Assembly (NCBI GenBank): GCA_052390235.1 | Contig: JBQTHB010000005.1 | Span: 1 to 64,000, forward strand | Source of the DNA: Deltaproteobacteria bacterium | Lineage (GTDB): Bacteria; Desulfobacterota_D; UBA1144; Nemesobacterales; CSP1-2 | Length of the DNA: 64,000 nt | Reading direction: 5' to 3' | Shown: piece by piece, positions 1-9,611 of the stretch | Numbering within the stretch: position 1 is the first letter of the stretch | Layout of the letters: each line of letters opens with the position of its first letter | Program-made: the position numbers and the translations under genes | The notes under the pieces: generated by a model | Told to the model about the DNA's origin: nothing | Databases searched by the model: none | Seen by the model: the letters and a program-made list of their open reading frames with translations, nothing else

Positions 1-20
1 GGTGAAATGACCGAGATGCT

Positions 21-97
21 GTCATTCCCGCAGTTTCTGAGCGGGAATCCATTTCATCTTCACCCTGAGCGGAGTCGAAGGGTGGGCGCTTCGACTC
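21..97. repeat. Cluster of REP-like extragenic palindromes
   Basis: ATTCCCGC-N9-GCGGGAAT inside GTCATTCCCGC...GCGGGAATCC (21-50). Then CACCCTGAGCGGAGTCGAAGGGTG (61-84) overlapping the GAGTCGAAG/CTTCGACTC inverted repeat (72-97). Both resemble widespread REP-type elements; they lie just downstream of the alaC stop. Confidence 0.55.
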
Positions 98-131
98 ACC
101 ACTAGCCACTCATCGCCTCACCTCCGCAGGG

Positions 132-1319
132 TCATAAATCTTTCAGCGCCTTTTTGATGCCCCGCGCCGCCTGCATTATTCTCTGCTCGTTTTCGACAAG
201 AGCGAACCGAACAAACCCCTCGCCGTAGTTGCCGAACCCTATGCCGGGGGATACCGCCACTTTCGCCCGCTCTATGAGCATTTTCGAAAACTCGACCGAC
301 CCCATTTTTTTAAATGGCTCAGGTATCTCAGCCCAGACGAACATTGTTCCCTTCGGTTTCGGCACTTCCCATCCTGCGCGCGCTAGCCCCTCGATGAGCT
401 TATCCCTCCTTGAGGAGTAGGTGTCTTTTATCTCCTGCAGGCAGTCTTGGGGGCCATTGAGGGCGGAGATAGCGGCAATTTGGACGGGCTGGAAGATGCC
501 GTAGTCCATGTAGCTCTTTATACGCTTGAGGGCGCTGATTATCTTCGGGTTTCCAACGAGAAAACCGACCCTCCAGCCGGGCATATTGTAGCTCTTCGAC
601 AACGTGAAAAATTCAACCCCGATTTCCTTAGCCCCAGGAATTTCGAGAAAGCTCGGCGCTTTATAGCCGTCGAAGCACAAATCAGCATAGGCGAAATCGT
701 GGACGACTATAAGCCCGTAAGCCCTTGCAATTTCATATACCTGCTTAAAGAAAGTAAGGTCAACGACAGTCGTCGTGGGATTGTTCGGGAAAGAAATCAT
801 AAGCACCTTGGGCTTGGGCCAAACCTCTTCAACGACTTTTTTTATCGTATCAATGAGATTTGCGTCCAGCGATAGGGGGATTCCCTGAACGTCGCCCCTT
901 GCTATAACGACGGAGTATATGTGTATGGGATAGGCGGGGTTGGGAACGATGACTTTATCCCCGGGAGAGAGGATTGACATCATGAGGTGAGAGATTCCCT
1001 CTTTTGAGCCAATGGTGACAACAGCCTCGGTGTCGGGGTCAAGCTCGACGTTGTAGTTGCGCTTGTACCAGTTGCACACGGCGAGCCGGAGCTTAGGGAT
1101 TCCCGCAGAGGCGGAGTAGCGGTGGTTTCTGGGATTCGCCGACGCCTCGGCGAGCTTATCCACTATGTGCTTGGGAGTCGCCCCGTCGGGGTTGCCCATG
1201 CCCATATCTATGATGTCCTCGCCCATTGCCCTCGCCTTCATTTTAAGGTCTGTAACGGTGGCAAAAACGTAGGGGGGAAGCCTTTTTATCAGCGAGAAAT
1301 CTTCCATAAAATTGCTCAT
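132..1319 (-). CDS. alaC: PLP-dependent class I/II aminotransferase (AlaC/YfdZ-like alanine transaminase)
   Basis: N-terminus IKRLPPYVF...[22 protein letters not shown]-lysine motif [14 protein letters not shown]. Start moved to the ATG at 1319, which has a GGAG upstream. Confidence 0.8.
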   Translation of the reverse strand: MSNFMEDFSLIKRLPPYVFATVTDLKMKARAMGEDIIDMGMGNPDGATPKHIVDKLAEASANPRNHRYSASAGIPKLRLAVCNWYKRNYNVELDPDTEAVVTIGSKEGISHLMMSILSPGDKVIVPNPAYPIHIYSVVIARGDVQGIPLSLDANLIDTIKKVVEEVWPKPKVLMISFPNNPTTTVVDLTFFKQVYEIARAYGLIVVHDFAYADLCFDGYKAPSFLEIPGAKEIGVEFFTLSKSYNMPGWRVGFLVGNPKIISALKRIKSYMDYGIFQPVQIAAISALNGPQDCLQEIKDTYSSRRDKLIEGLARAGWEVPKPKGTMFVWAEIPEPFKKMGSVEFSKMLIERAKVAVSPGIGFGNYGEGFVRFALVENEQRIMQAARGIKKALKDL

Positions 1320-1498
1320 TCCGAGTCTCACTCCAGATGAAATTTTTGAGTCGCTTAAGTTTATTCAATTAACGGGCAATCTCAAGTGGCGGGCGAAAGG
1401 TGTCAACGATTAGGCGAATTTCATATCAATTTATCAAATTTAATATGTTTTATTGTTAATTCTCGGTTAAGCCCCTTCACAAACCGTTTTAACGGGGT

Positions 1499-1888
1499 AT
1501 GTTACCCATTAGAATGAAATTTCAGGTATCGCTCCTAGCATTGATGATTTTGCTTCCGACGGCGGCGGGCATTGCCCTAGCAAACGATTCTAGGGAAATC
1601 GGGGTTGCCTCTTGGTACGGCACAGAACTGCACGGCAGGAAAACGGCAAGCGGCGAGATTTTTGACATGCACGAGCTGACTGCCGCCCACAGAGACCTGC
1701 CCTTCGGCACGGAGGTGAAAGTTACGAACCTGCGCAACGGCAAAGAGACCGTAGTTACGATAAACGACAGGGGCCCCTTTAGCGCGGGCAGGATAATTGA
1801 CCTCTCCTACGCGGCGGCAAAATCCATAGGCATAGTGTTGCGCGGGGTGGCAAAGGTCAGAATTCAGGTCGTTTCGCCCCCCGAGTAA
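1499..1888 (+). CDS. rlpA: RlpA-family lytic transglycosylase (DPBB domain only, signal peptide)
   Basis: GVASWYG...[28 protein letters not shown]...INDRGPF...RIIDLS. Confidence 0.9.
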   Translation: MLPIRMKFQVSLLALMILLPTAAGIALANDSREIGVASWYGTELHGRKTASGEIFDMHELTAAHRDLPFGTEVKVTNLRNGKETVVTINDRGPFSAGRIIDLSYAAAKSIGIVLRGVAKVRIQVVSPPE

Positions 1889-2025
1889 CCCTCTGGCAAA
1901 TCCTGCGGCAGGGGAAATCTATAATTTTTCAATCCACTTCGGAATTATCGGATAGATAGGAATAGCCGCAGATTATGAGAGCAAAATGCCGGCGGCACAT
2001 TGCCCTCATAACCGCCGAATTTCGA

Positions 2026-2157
2026 TTACCCAACAACCACGGTTTTGTCCTTGTTGAGTCTCGCGTCGTCGTCATCGTCGTCGCAACCGGTTGTCAGAAG
2101 CACGAACGGGGCGATTAATAACGCCAACATAATTGTGAGAAATCTCATCTTGCTCAT
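2026..2157 (-). CDS. 43-aa small lipoprotein with poly-Asp after the lipidated Cys (absent from ORF track)
   Basis: Hand translation: MSKMRFLTIMLALLIAPFVLLTTGCDDDDDDARLNKDKTVVVG*. AGGAGG SD upstream; basic n-region, hydrophobic h-region, lipobox-like TTG-C. Confidence 0.7.
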   Translation of the reverse strand: MSKMRFLTIMLALLIAPFVLLTTGCDDDDDDARLNKDKTVVVG

Positions 2158-2299
2158 TGCACTTCCTCCTTAAAATAGAGATTTAATTCGCAATCATTAT
2201 CCGCCGCTATTATGAACCTCCGATAAAACGATGATGAACCCCGCGTTAAAGGCACAGGGCGGCGCATGAAAGGGGGCTAATGGCCGGTAAAATTAGTCA

Positions 2300-2941
2300 A
2301 TGCGCGCTCAAACCCCCAATTATCCGAGGGTTATCTCATCCTTATGGCTGATGAAACAGTGCGTCTTACTGCTCTCGCTTCTCTATCTGACCATATACAT
2401 TCCAATCGCTTTGGCTACGTATCTGCCCCGGTGGTATGAATTAAACTGCAACTGGCACACCCGCTGCGATAGGATTGGGACTGAGGCGGCTCATCGCGCG
2501 GCGGGCGAGCTAACTGGGTATTTTCTGCGCCGCGGAGAGCTGGTCATGGACTTATGGACAGAGAAGGAGAAAAATCACCTCGAAGAGGTCAGAGGGATAC
2601 TCGATAAAATGTTTCTCGCCGCGCTCATCGCCGCGCTGGGGGCATGGACGATGTGGAATGGAGGGCAGGCTTCGCGACTGGCCGCCGCAAATGGATTTTT
2701 TATTCTCGCTTTGGCTGGGATACTGCCTTTTTTCGGCTTCTTTTGGAGGGAGGTTTTTCATCCGCTCGTTTTCGATAACGATTTATGGAAGAACACACCC
2801 TCAGAGGTCTCTTACTACATAATGCCCCGCAAATTTTTCCTGCACACTGCCATTTTTGTGATATTTAGCTCGGCGGCGGCGAATTTCATCCTTTGGCTCT
2901 CTCTCAGAGACTTGGGGGGCAATAGCTCACGGTCAAAATAA
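2300..2941 (+). CDS. Integral membrane protein, DUF1461/TIGR01906-like
   Basis: EKNHLEEVR and FHPLVFDNDLW...YYIMPRKFF motifs with about 4 TM segments. An alternative start at 2351 is possible. Confidence 0.65.
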   Translation: MRAQTPNYPRVISSLWLMKQCVLLLSLLYLTIYIPIALATYLPRWYELNCNWHTRCDRIGTEAAHRAAGELTGYFLRRGELVMDLWTEKEKNHLEEVRGILDKMFLAALIAALGAWTMWNGGQASRLAAANGFFILALAGILPFFGFFWREVFHPLVFDNDLWKNTPSEVSYYIMPRKFFLHTAIFVIFSSAAANFILWLSLRDLGGNSSRSK

Positions 2942-3039
2942 TCCTCATTAACCTGAGTTTATTCGGGAATTAATACCGATTTAAAGAATCCGTCTAATAA
3001 TCTACGGCGAGTAAATCCACGGGTACAAAGGGTGCGCCA

Positions 3040-3597
3040 ATGGAAATTCTATCGCCGAAAGAAATTGTGAGAAGGGAATGGGAGAACGTGTCCCTATCCC
3101 TCAATAAGTGCGGAAATGCGGGGAAATTCGAGAAATTCTCTCCAATTAAATCCGATGAAGCGCTCTATTGCAACGCGCAGATAATGGAAAATAAAATTCC
3201 CGTATCGGGCTATCTCACGCCGGAAGCCTTTTCGCTCTTCGGCGCGCTCGCCCTCGCCGCCGGCGCGAATCTAGGGCTAGCCGACCACGCCGCGCGCGCA
3301 TTCGCCTCCGCCTACGGGTGGGTCAGAACAGGAATGCTAATAAATCCCATGCAGGTCATTGCGGCAGGCAGCGATGGCGGCGAAACCCTCTCTATGCAGA
3401 CCATGTTTTTCAACTCCTTCTACGAGGGAAATATAAACTACGAATGGGATTTCGATTGCCCAGAATGCGCCGCCAGGCTCGGCATCATATTTCAGAGATT
3501 CAGGATGTGGCCACGCGGCGAGATTTCCCAGAGTGTGAGGCTACTAACGGAAAACCAACATCGCGCCTCGATAGCCAGCGCTGAGCTTACCCTTTAG
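3040..3597 (+). CDS. Hypothetical protein, abutting the HTTM gene
   Basis: 185-aa ORF whose TAG stop is immediately followed by the ATG of the next gene; no recognised family. Confidence 0.6.
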   Translation: MEILSPKEIVRREWENVSLSLNKCGNAGKFEKFSPIKSDEALYCNAQIMENKIPVSGYLTPEAFSLFGALALAAGANLGLADHAARAFASAYGWVRTGMLINPMQVIAAGSDGGETLSMQTMFFNSFYEGNINYEWDFDCPECAARLGIIFQRFRMWPRGEISQSVRLLTENQHRASIASAELTL

Positions 3598-4977
3598 ATG
3601 AATCCCCCGCTTCGGGCAGTATCGGCAATTGAACGGGTTTGGGCCGCCGCCCATGGATATTTATTCGCCCCAATTGACATTGCATCCATAGTTTATTACC
3701 GCATAGCGTTCGGTTTGCTGATGTTCTTTAATATGGCTGGAACGCTGATTTTCGATATGGACGCCTGGGCGAATCCGGGATTTCGGTTTCACTACCCGGG
3801 GCTTGAATGGGTAAAACCACTGCCCGGCGGCGGTATGCACGCGATATTTGCCGCTCTCTCAATTCTCGGTCTCTGTATCGCCGCGGGACTTAAGTACCGA
3901 ACGAGCGCGATGTTATTTGCCCTCCTGTTTACCTATGTTTTTTTAACCGAGCGCGCAAAGTATCTCAATCACTACTACCTCATCCTTCTCATCGGACTCT
4001 TAATGGCGTTTATTCCCGCGAACAGGCAATTGTCCATTGACGCCATGATTAATCCTAGAATCAGATCCGAGGTGGCTTGCGCATGGAATCTGCTCGCGCT
4101 GAGATTTCAGATTGCGGTTGTCTATTTTTACGCAGGGGTGGCGAAGATAAATGGGGATTGGCTCGCGGGCGAGCCTATGGGGCTTTGGCTCGGCAGGAGG
4201 GATTTTCTCATACTAGATGAGTTTTTGAAATCCGAGGCAGGGGCGTATTTATTCTCCTACGGCGGGCTTGGGTTTGATTTACTCGCCGCGCCGCTCCTAG
4301 TGTGGAGGCGCGCTAGAACCTCGGCGTTCATGGCATCGCTGATTTTTCATATCCTAAATAGTTTAATATTTAACATCGGAATTTTTCCGCTCCTAGCCGC
4401 CGCCAGTACGGCTCTATTTTTCACCCCCTCGTTTCCGCGGAATATTATCGGGATAAGAAAACCAGAAATTCGCTTGGATAAAAAAATACAGATGGGCATG
4501 ACGCAGTTGATAGTGGTTTCGTTCATCTCAATATACGTTGCCGCGCAGCTGTGCCTGCCGCTGAGGCATTTTCTCTATGCTGGGGACGTAAACTGGACGG
4601 GCGAAGGGCATGAGTTCTCATGGCGGATGAAGACCCTAGACAGAAGGGCAGAGATTACGTTTTTGGTGAAGCACAGGGCTTCGGGCAGAGAGTGGACTAT
4701 TAGCCCGGAACAATCGCTCACGCCTTTTCAATATAGAAAAATGGCAGCGAGGCCCGAACTCATCCTCCAGTTTGCCGCCAATTTATCCGAGGAATTTAAG
4801 AGAAAAGGGTATCCCGACGCAGAGGTCTTCGCCATTTCATTTGCCTCGGTAAACGGGCGGAAAATGTCGCCAATGGTAAACCCTGAGGTCAACCTCGCCA
4901 TTGTTAGCTCCTCGGCGCCGGTATCAAGCTGGACTCTGCCGCTTGGGGAGCCTCTGCGCCCCGAAGAATCCCGATGA
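3598..4977 (+). CDS. HTTM-domain / vitamin K-dependent gamma-carboxylase-like membrane protein
   Basis: RIAFGLLM, YLNHYYL, YFYAGVAKINGDWL, IGIFP, WTGEG..FSWRM and SVNGR motifs typical of bacterial GGCX homologues; multiple TM helices. Confidence 0.85.
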   Translation: MNPPLRAVSAIERVWAAAHGYLFAPIDIASIVYYRIAFGLLMFFNMAGTLIFDMDAWANPGFRFHYPGLEWVKPLPGGGMHAIFAALSILGLCIAAGLKYRTSAMLFALLFTYVFLTERAKYLNHYYLILLIGLLMAFIPANRQLSIDAMINPRIRSEVACAWNLLALRFQIAVVYFYAGVAKINGDWLAGEPMGLWLGRRDFLILDEFLKSEAGAYLFSYGGLGFDLLAAPLLVWRRARTSAFMASLIFHILNSLIFNIGIFPLLAAASTALFFTPSFPRNIIGIRKPEIRLDKKIQMGMTQLIVVSFISIYVAAQLCLPLRHFLYAGDVNWTGEGHEFSWRMKTLDRRAEITFLVKHRASGREWTISPEQSLTPFQYRKMAARPELILQFAANLSEEFKRKGYPDAEVFAISFASVNGRKMSPMVNPEVNLAIVSSSAPVSSWTLPLGEPLRPEESR

Positions 4978-5041
4978 AGCGTGCGAGGGGGCTAAGAGAG
5001 GGATTTAGAAACCCGCGATACTGTGTTAGAATTGGCGTACT

Positions 5042-5728
5042 ATGAGAAATAGAGCCAAACTCCTCGCCCTTGTGATTCCCTTTTTATTCTCCTGCGCCTC
5101 AGCCACAAAGGGCGCAATCTCCAATACTGTGCCCGATGGACCCTACATCCCGACTTTTAAATCCATTGAGCCGCCAGACGACCGCTCAACCGTTCAAATC
5201 GGCATTGCCTCGTGGTACGGCATCGAAGAACACGACAGATTCGCCGCAAACGGAGAGCGTTTCAGCAAGTACGACCTCAGCGCCGCCCACAAGACTCTCC
5301 CGATGGGTTCGGTGGTTAGGATAACTAACCTCGAAAACGGCAGGGACGTTGTCGTGCGCATAAACGACAGGGGACCCTTCGTGGAGGGGCGTATAATTGA
5401 CCTCTCGCACGCGGCGGCAGAGTCCATAGGGATGGTTCAAAGAGGGGTCGTAAAGGTAAAGGTGGAGGTCATATCCTCTCCGCTCAGAAAAAACAACTAC
5501 TTCGATGGCAGATACACGGTTCAAGTCGGCTCGTTCAAGGAGATGCAAAACGCCTTAGGGCTGAAGGATAAAATCGGGGGCGAGGTGAGAGTAGAACCGA
5601 TAGACGTAGGCGGAGAAACCCATTACCGCGTGAGGGTGGGCAGATTCGCCGCCAGAGATGACGCCGACAGAATTGCCTCGGAGCTTCGGCACAGGCACGG
5701 CTATCCAACTAGGGTGGTATTAGAGTAA
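5042..5728 (+). CDS. rlpA: RlpA lipoprotein with C-terminal SPOR domain
   Basis: Lipobox LFSC; DPBB motif GIASWYG...AAHKTLP...[11 protein letters not shown] motif YTVQVGSF...YRVRVGRF. Confidence 0.9.
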   Translation: MRNRAKLLALVIPFLFSCASATKGAISNTVPDGPYIPTFKSIEPPDDRSTVQIGIASWYGIEEHDRFAANGERFSKYDLSAAHKTLPMGSVVRITNLENGRDVVVRINDRGPFVEGRIIDLSHAAAESIGMVQRGVVKVKVEVISSPLRKNNYFDGRYTVQVGSFKEMQNALGLKDKIGGEVRVEPIDVGGETHYRVRVGRFAARDDADRIASELRHRHGYPTRVVLE

Positions 5729-5767
5729 CGCCCCTCGCGCACGTTTTCTGCAACGAGCAAATCCGCC

Positions 5768-6199
5768 ATGACCGAGAGCGAAGAGAGGGATTTTTTCAGC
5801 CTATCCACAAGGAAAATCGGCGTCGAGGGCGCAATTAAGAGGGTCTCGGACGACGAAGCCGGCGCTGTAGTCGTGTTTATCGGAGCGGTGCGCAAATCCT
5901 CTCGCGGGAGGGTCGTGCGGCATCTCGAATATGAGTCATACAAGGAAATGGCTCTTCGGGAGTTTCAGGGGATTGCCGAGGGGATTCGGCGGCAGTGGAG
6001 CGTGAGAAAAATAGCCATATTTCACCGCACTGGGAAGCTCCAAATAGGCGAGGTCAGCGTGCTAATAGCGGTGGCATCGGCTCACAGAAACGAGGCTTAC
6101 GAGGCGTCCCGATACGCGATTGAGAGGCTCAAGCAGAGCGCGCCGATATGGAAAAAAGAGGTTTGGGACGGCGGCGAGGAGTGGATTCAAGGGGCTTGA
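5768..6199 (+). CDS. moaE: Molybdopterin synthase catalytic subunit
   Basis: GAVVVFIG.VR, LEYESY..MA, HRTG.L..GE.SV.IAV.SAHR, LK..APIWKKE. Confidence 0.92.
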   Translation: MTESEERDFFSLSTRKIGVEGAIKRVSDDEAGAVVVFIGAVRKSSRGRVVRHLEYESYKEMALREFQGIAEGIRRQWSVRKIAIFHRTGKLQIGEVSVLIAVASAHRNEAYEASRYAIERLKQSAPIWKKEVWDGGEEWIQGA

Positions 6200-6364
6200 G
6201 TGGGACGATGCCGCTCTGCAGAGAATTTGATGGGTTTGTCTCATATACGGGAATGACAAAATCCGGCATCTCGCATCCTGCTAAGGTTACCTTGACAACC
6301 CCGCCCGCCCGCTTTATCTTTAACCCCAATTTTAGTCGGATTCTCTAAGAGGGAATTCCGAGAG

Positions 6365-6444
6365 CCGCTTGGATTCTGAGAGAGAACCGAGACGGGGGTC
6401 AGCGTTGTTGATTAGAAATCAGGACGGAACTTCGCGCCGTACCT
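6365..6444 (+). ncRNA. Probable pan RNA motif (cis-regulatory leader of panBCD)
   Basis: Hairpin CCGCTTGGATTCT-GAGAG-AGAACCGAGACGG (6365-6395) has one bulged A on each arm. A second hairpin AGGACGG...CCGTACCT (6421-6444) has a bulged A. Located 5' of panB, the known context of the pan motif. Confidence 0.7.
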
Positions 6445-6458
6445 AAAAATACACACCA

Positions 6459-6500
6459 AGCCGGCATTTGGGCCTTACGCGCCCGATAGCTGGTTTTTTT
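6459..6500 (+). terminator. Intrinsic terminator/attenuator in the panB leader
   Basis: Imperfect stem AGCCGGCATTTGGGC-loop-GCCCGATAGCTGG followed by T7, ending 2 nt before the panB ATG. Confidence 0.6.
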
Positions 6501-6502
6501 AT

Positions 6503-7312
6503 ATGAGAGCCATGACAAAAATCACCGTTCCCAAACTCCTCGATATGAAAAAGCAGGGCGAGAAAATCGTCATGGTAACCTCCTACGACGCCGCCGTGGC
6601 GAGCATCGTGGATGAAGCGGGAGCAGACATTATCCTCGTCGGCGATTCCGTCGGCAACGTGATTCAGGGTCTCGCAAATACGCTTTCCGTAACGATGGAC
6701 GAGATGATTTACCACACGAAAATGGTATCCCGCGGGGCGTCGCGCGCCCATATTTGCGGCGATATGCCGTTTATGTCCTATCAGGCATCTAAAGAGGAAG
6801 CCGTGCGAAATGCAGGGCGATTTATAAAAGAGGCGGGGGCGCAGTCCGTCAAGCTCGAAATAAACGAAAGCCACCTTGAAACCGTCTATGCCATATCGAG
6901 GGCTAGCATTCCCACGGTAGCCCACATAGGACTTAGGCCCCAGTCAATCCACATGATGGGCGGGTACAAGGTTCAGGGCAGGGGCGAATACGAAGCAGAG
7001 CGTCTGCTTGAGCTTGCCCTTGACGCCCAGGCGGCGGGGGCGTTTATAGTTCTCATGGAGAGCGTAACTTGGGAGCTAGCGAGGGAAATCACCGAAGCCC
7101 TGCGCGTGCCGACTATCGGCATTGGCGCGGGGGCGCACTGCGACGGGCAGGTGCTGGTGATAAACGACTTAGTCGGATTATCCGCAGGCCCTCTGCCCCG
7201 ATTCGTGAAGAAGTACGCCGAGATGCGGGACGCCATGACGGCCGCCGTCCAGCAGTTCGCCTCCGAGGTTAAAGAAGGGAAATTCCCAGCCGAAGAGAAT
7301 TCCTACAGTTAG
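6503..7312 (+). CDS. panB: 3-methyl-2-oxobutanoate hydroxymethyltransferase
   Basis: IVMVTSYD, ILVGDS, HIGLRPQS, PTIGIGAG..CDGQVLV. Confidence 0.97.
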   Translation: MRAMTKITVPKLLDMKKQGEKIVMVTSYDAAVASIVDEAGADIILVGDSVGNVIQGLANTLSVTMDEMIYHTKMVSRGASRAHICGDMPFMSYQASKEEAVRNAGRFIKEAGAQSVKLEINESHLETVYAISRASIPTVAHIGLRPQSIHMMGGYKVQGRGEYEAERLLELALDAQAAGAFIVLMESVTWELAREITEALRVPTIGIGAGAHCDGQVLVINDLVGLSAGPLPRFVKKYAEMRDAMTAAVQQFASEVKEGKFPAEENSYS

Positions 7313-7323
7313 CGAGGCGCTTT

Positions 7324-8163
7324 GTGGTAATAGTGAAATCCCCGAAACAGATGCAGGCGGCGGCGGACGAGGCAAAGCGCGCGGGCAAATCCATTGCATT
7401 TGTGCCGACAATGGGCGCGCTCCACGAGGGGCATCTGCGGCTCTTCGACGAGGGCAAACGCAGAGGGGACATTCTCGTCGCAAGCGTATTTGTGAATCCC
7501 TCGCAGTTTGGGCCCAATGAGGATTTTAGCAAATATCCCAGAGATATTGAGTCGGATGCCGAGAAGGCGCGCCTGCGGGGGGCAGACATAGTCTTTGCGC
7601 CCGCTCCTTCAGACATATACCCAGAGGGATTTGAGACATGGGTCGAGGTGGGAGAGATGGCACAGAGGCTCTGCGGCATCTTCCGCCCAGGACACTTCAG
7701 GGGCGTGGCGACGGTGGCGCTGAAACTCTTTAACATTGTAAAGCCCAACGTTGCAATTTTCGGCGAAAAGGACTACCAGCAGCTCAAAATCATCGAGCGC
7801 ATGGCTAGGGATTTCAACCTCGATATAGAAATAGTCGGATTTCCGATAGTGCGCGAGGAAGGCGGTATTGCCATGAGTTCGAGGAATAAATACCTCAGCG
7901 CTGAGGACAGGGCGCGCGCCCTTGCGATTCCCGCCGCGCTGAACCACATTAATGCCAAGTTCGCAGGGGGCGAGACAAATGCGGAAACGCTCACCCAAGC
8001 GGCGCGGGCAATACTCCTCGGCTCAGGCATTGACTCCATTGACTATATCGAGATATGCAGCCCCGATACACTCCGCAAAAGGGAAATCGCCGAGCCGGGA
8101 GACGTCGTTGCCCTAGCCGCGAGAGTCGGCGCGACGAGGCTGCTTGATAACATTAAACTCTAG
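7324..8163 (+). CDS. panC: Pantoate--beta-alanine ligase
   Basis: FVPTMGALHEGH, FVNPSQF, RPGHFRGV, FGEKDYQQ, AMSSRN. Confidence 0.97.
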   Translation: MVIVKSPKQMQAAADEAKRAGKSIAFVPTMGALHEGHLRLFDEGKRRGDILVASVFVNPSQFGPNEDFSKYPRDIESDAEKARLRGADIVFAPAPSDIYPEGFETWVEVGEMAQRLCGIFRPGHFRGVATVALKLFNIVKPNVAIFGEKDYQQLKIIERMARDFNLDIEIVGFPIVREEGGIAMSSRNKYLSAEDRARALAIPAALNHINAKFAGGETNAETLTQAARAILLGSGIDSIDYIEICSPDTLRKREIAEPGDVVALAARVGATRLLDNIKL

Positions 8164-8180
8164 AGAGGATGGAGAGATAA

Positions 8181-8573
8181 ATGAACAGGACGATGCTTAA
8201 ATCCAAGATTCATAGAGCTACCGTAACCGAGGCAAATGTCGAGTACGAGGGGAGCATCACCATTGACCGAAACCTAATGGACGCGGCCGGCATCATGGAA
8301 TATGAGCAGGTTCATATCTTCAACATCACCACAGGCGCGAGATTCTACACCTACGCCATAGAGGGCGCGCGCGGCTCAGGGGTTATCTGCACCAATGGGG
8401 CGGCGGCGCACCTGGCGGTCAGGGGGGACATTATCATTATCGCAAATTTCGCATCGTACACCGAGAGCGAGCTTGCAAATTTCCATCCGAATCTAGTCTA
8501 CGTGGATGGGAAGAACAGCATTGCCGAGACAAAACCAGAGCAGCCGCCCCTGAGAATTGCGGCTGAGAGCTGA
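8181..8573 (+). CDS. panD: Aspartate 1-decarboxylase
   Basis: [20 protein letters not shown] autocleavage site; NGAAAHL. Confidence 0.97.
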   Translation: MNRTMLKSKIHRATVTEANVEYEGSITIDRNLMDAAGIMEYEQVHIFNITTGARFYTYAIEGARGSGVICTNGAAAHLAVRGDIIIIANFASYTESELANFHPNLVYVDGKNSIAETKPEQPPLRIAAES

Positions 8574-8674
8574 AGCCCCATCCCGCGATTCCTCAGAGGC
8601 GTCTATGGGCATAGGGCAATATATCGCCGGGAGGGCGCGCGCATTCGCGGAGGTAAAATAACTTGCCGGCAATA

Positions 8675-8703
8675 TTGACAGAAGCCCTTCTGGGAGTTAT
8701 AAA
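8675..8703 (+). promoter_or_regulatory. Sigma70-type promoter of the cytidylyltransferase operon
   Basis: TTGACA-N17-TATAAA. Confidence 0.6.
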
Positions 8704-8835
8704 TGTTAGCATCGCAAAGGGGGAGCGGCGGCGGATGAAGCGAAATTTGTAGTGTCCCTCTAACCTGCTTAAACCATTACCTTTTTACAGCGGCGGAGTC
8801 AAAATAAACTTCTTTACCAACGGAGTCAAAATCAG

Positions 8836-9609
8836 ATGAAAGCAGTCATACTTGCGGCAGGCAGAGGCAAGAGGCTCTATCCCTACACTAAATACATCCC
8901 CAAATGCTTACTCGACATAGGCGGCGAAACAATCCTTGAACACCAGATAAATCACATCAGAGACTGCGGCATTGACGAGGTCGTCATCGTGGTTGGATTT
9001 GGCTTCGAGAAAGTTGAAAACTTCCTGCGAAACTACGATGGCCTCGGGATGAGAATTAAAACTCTCTATAACCCCTTCTATCAAACTACCAACAGCCTCA
9101 TTTCCCTCTGGATTGCCAGAGGCGAGATGAACGAGGATATGGTAGTCATGAACGGGGACGATGTGTTTGAAATCGAGGTGTTGGAGCAGGCGCTTGCCGT
9201 GAAGGACGCTAAAATCTGCCTCCCAGTCAAGATAAAATCCGAATATGAAGAAGAGGATATGAAAGTATCCATACAGGGCGATAGGATAATAGACATAGGC
9301 AAGACCCTTGCCGAGCCGTCGGCTGAATCCGTAGGGCTGAGAGTGTTCAGGGATTCGGGCGTGGAGTTTGTAAAGAGGTCTATAGAAGAGGAGATGAGAA
9401 CCGAGGGAGCTGAGAAGAAATGGTACGCCTCGGCGGTGCATAGGCTCATCAAAAAAGGATACAAGGCAAAGTATCTGGACATTAAAGACCTGTTTTGGAT
9501 GGATGTGGACTATCCCGGAGACCTGTTCAAAGCGCGCATAAACTCAAATAAGATTTCCAAGAAACCTTACCAAGAGAAAATACTCAGAGTCGTGGAAACC
9601 GGCAAATAA
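8836..9609 (+). CDS. LicC/IPCT-like cytidylyltransferase (NTP transferase)
   Basis: AVILAAGRGKRL..PKCLL, YNPFY..TNS..SLW, NGD, W.DVDYP.DL. Confidence 0.85.
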   Translation: MKAVILAAGRGKRLYPYTKYIPKCLLDIGGETILEHQINHIRDCGIDEVVIVVGFGFEKVENFLRNYDGLGMRIKTLYNPFYQTTNSLISLWIARGEMNEDMVVMNGDDVFEIEVLEQALAVKDAKICLPVKIKSEYEEEDMKVSIQGDRIIDIGKTLAEPSAESVGLRVFRDSGVEFVKRSIEEEMRTEGAEKKWYASAVHRLIKKGYKAKYLDIKDLFWMDVDYPGDLFKARINSNKISKKPYQEKILRVVETGK

Positions 9610-9611
9610 AC

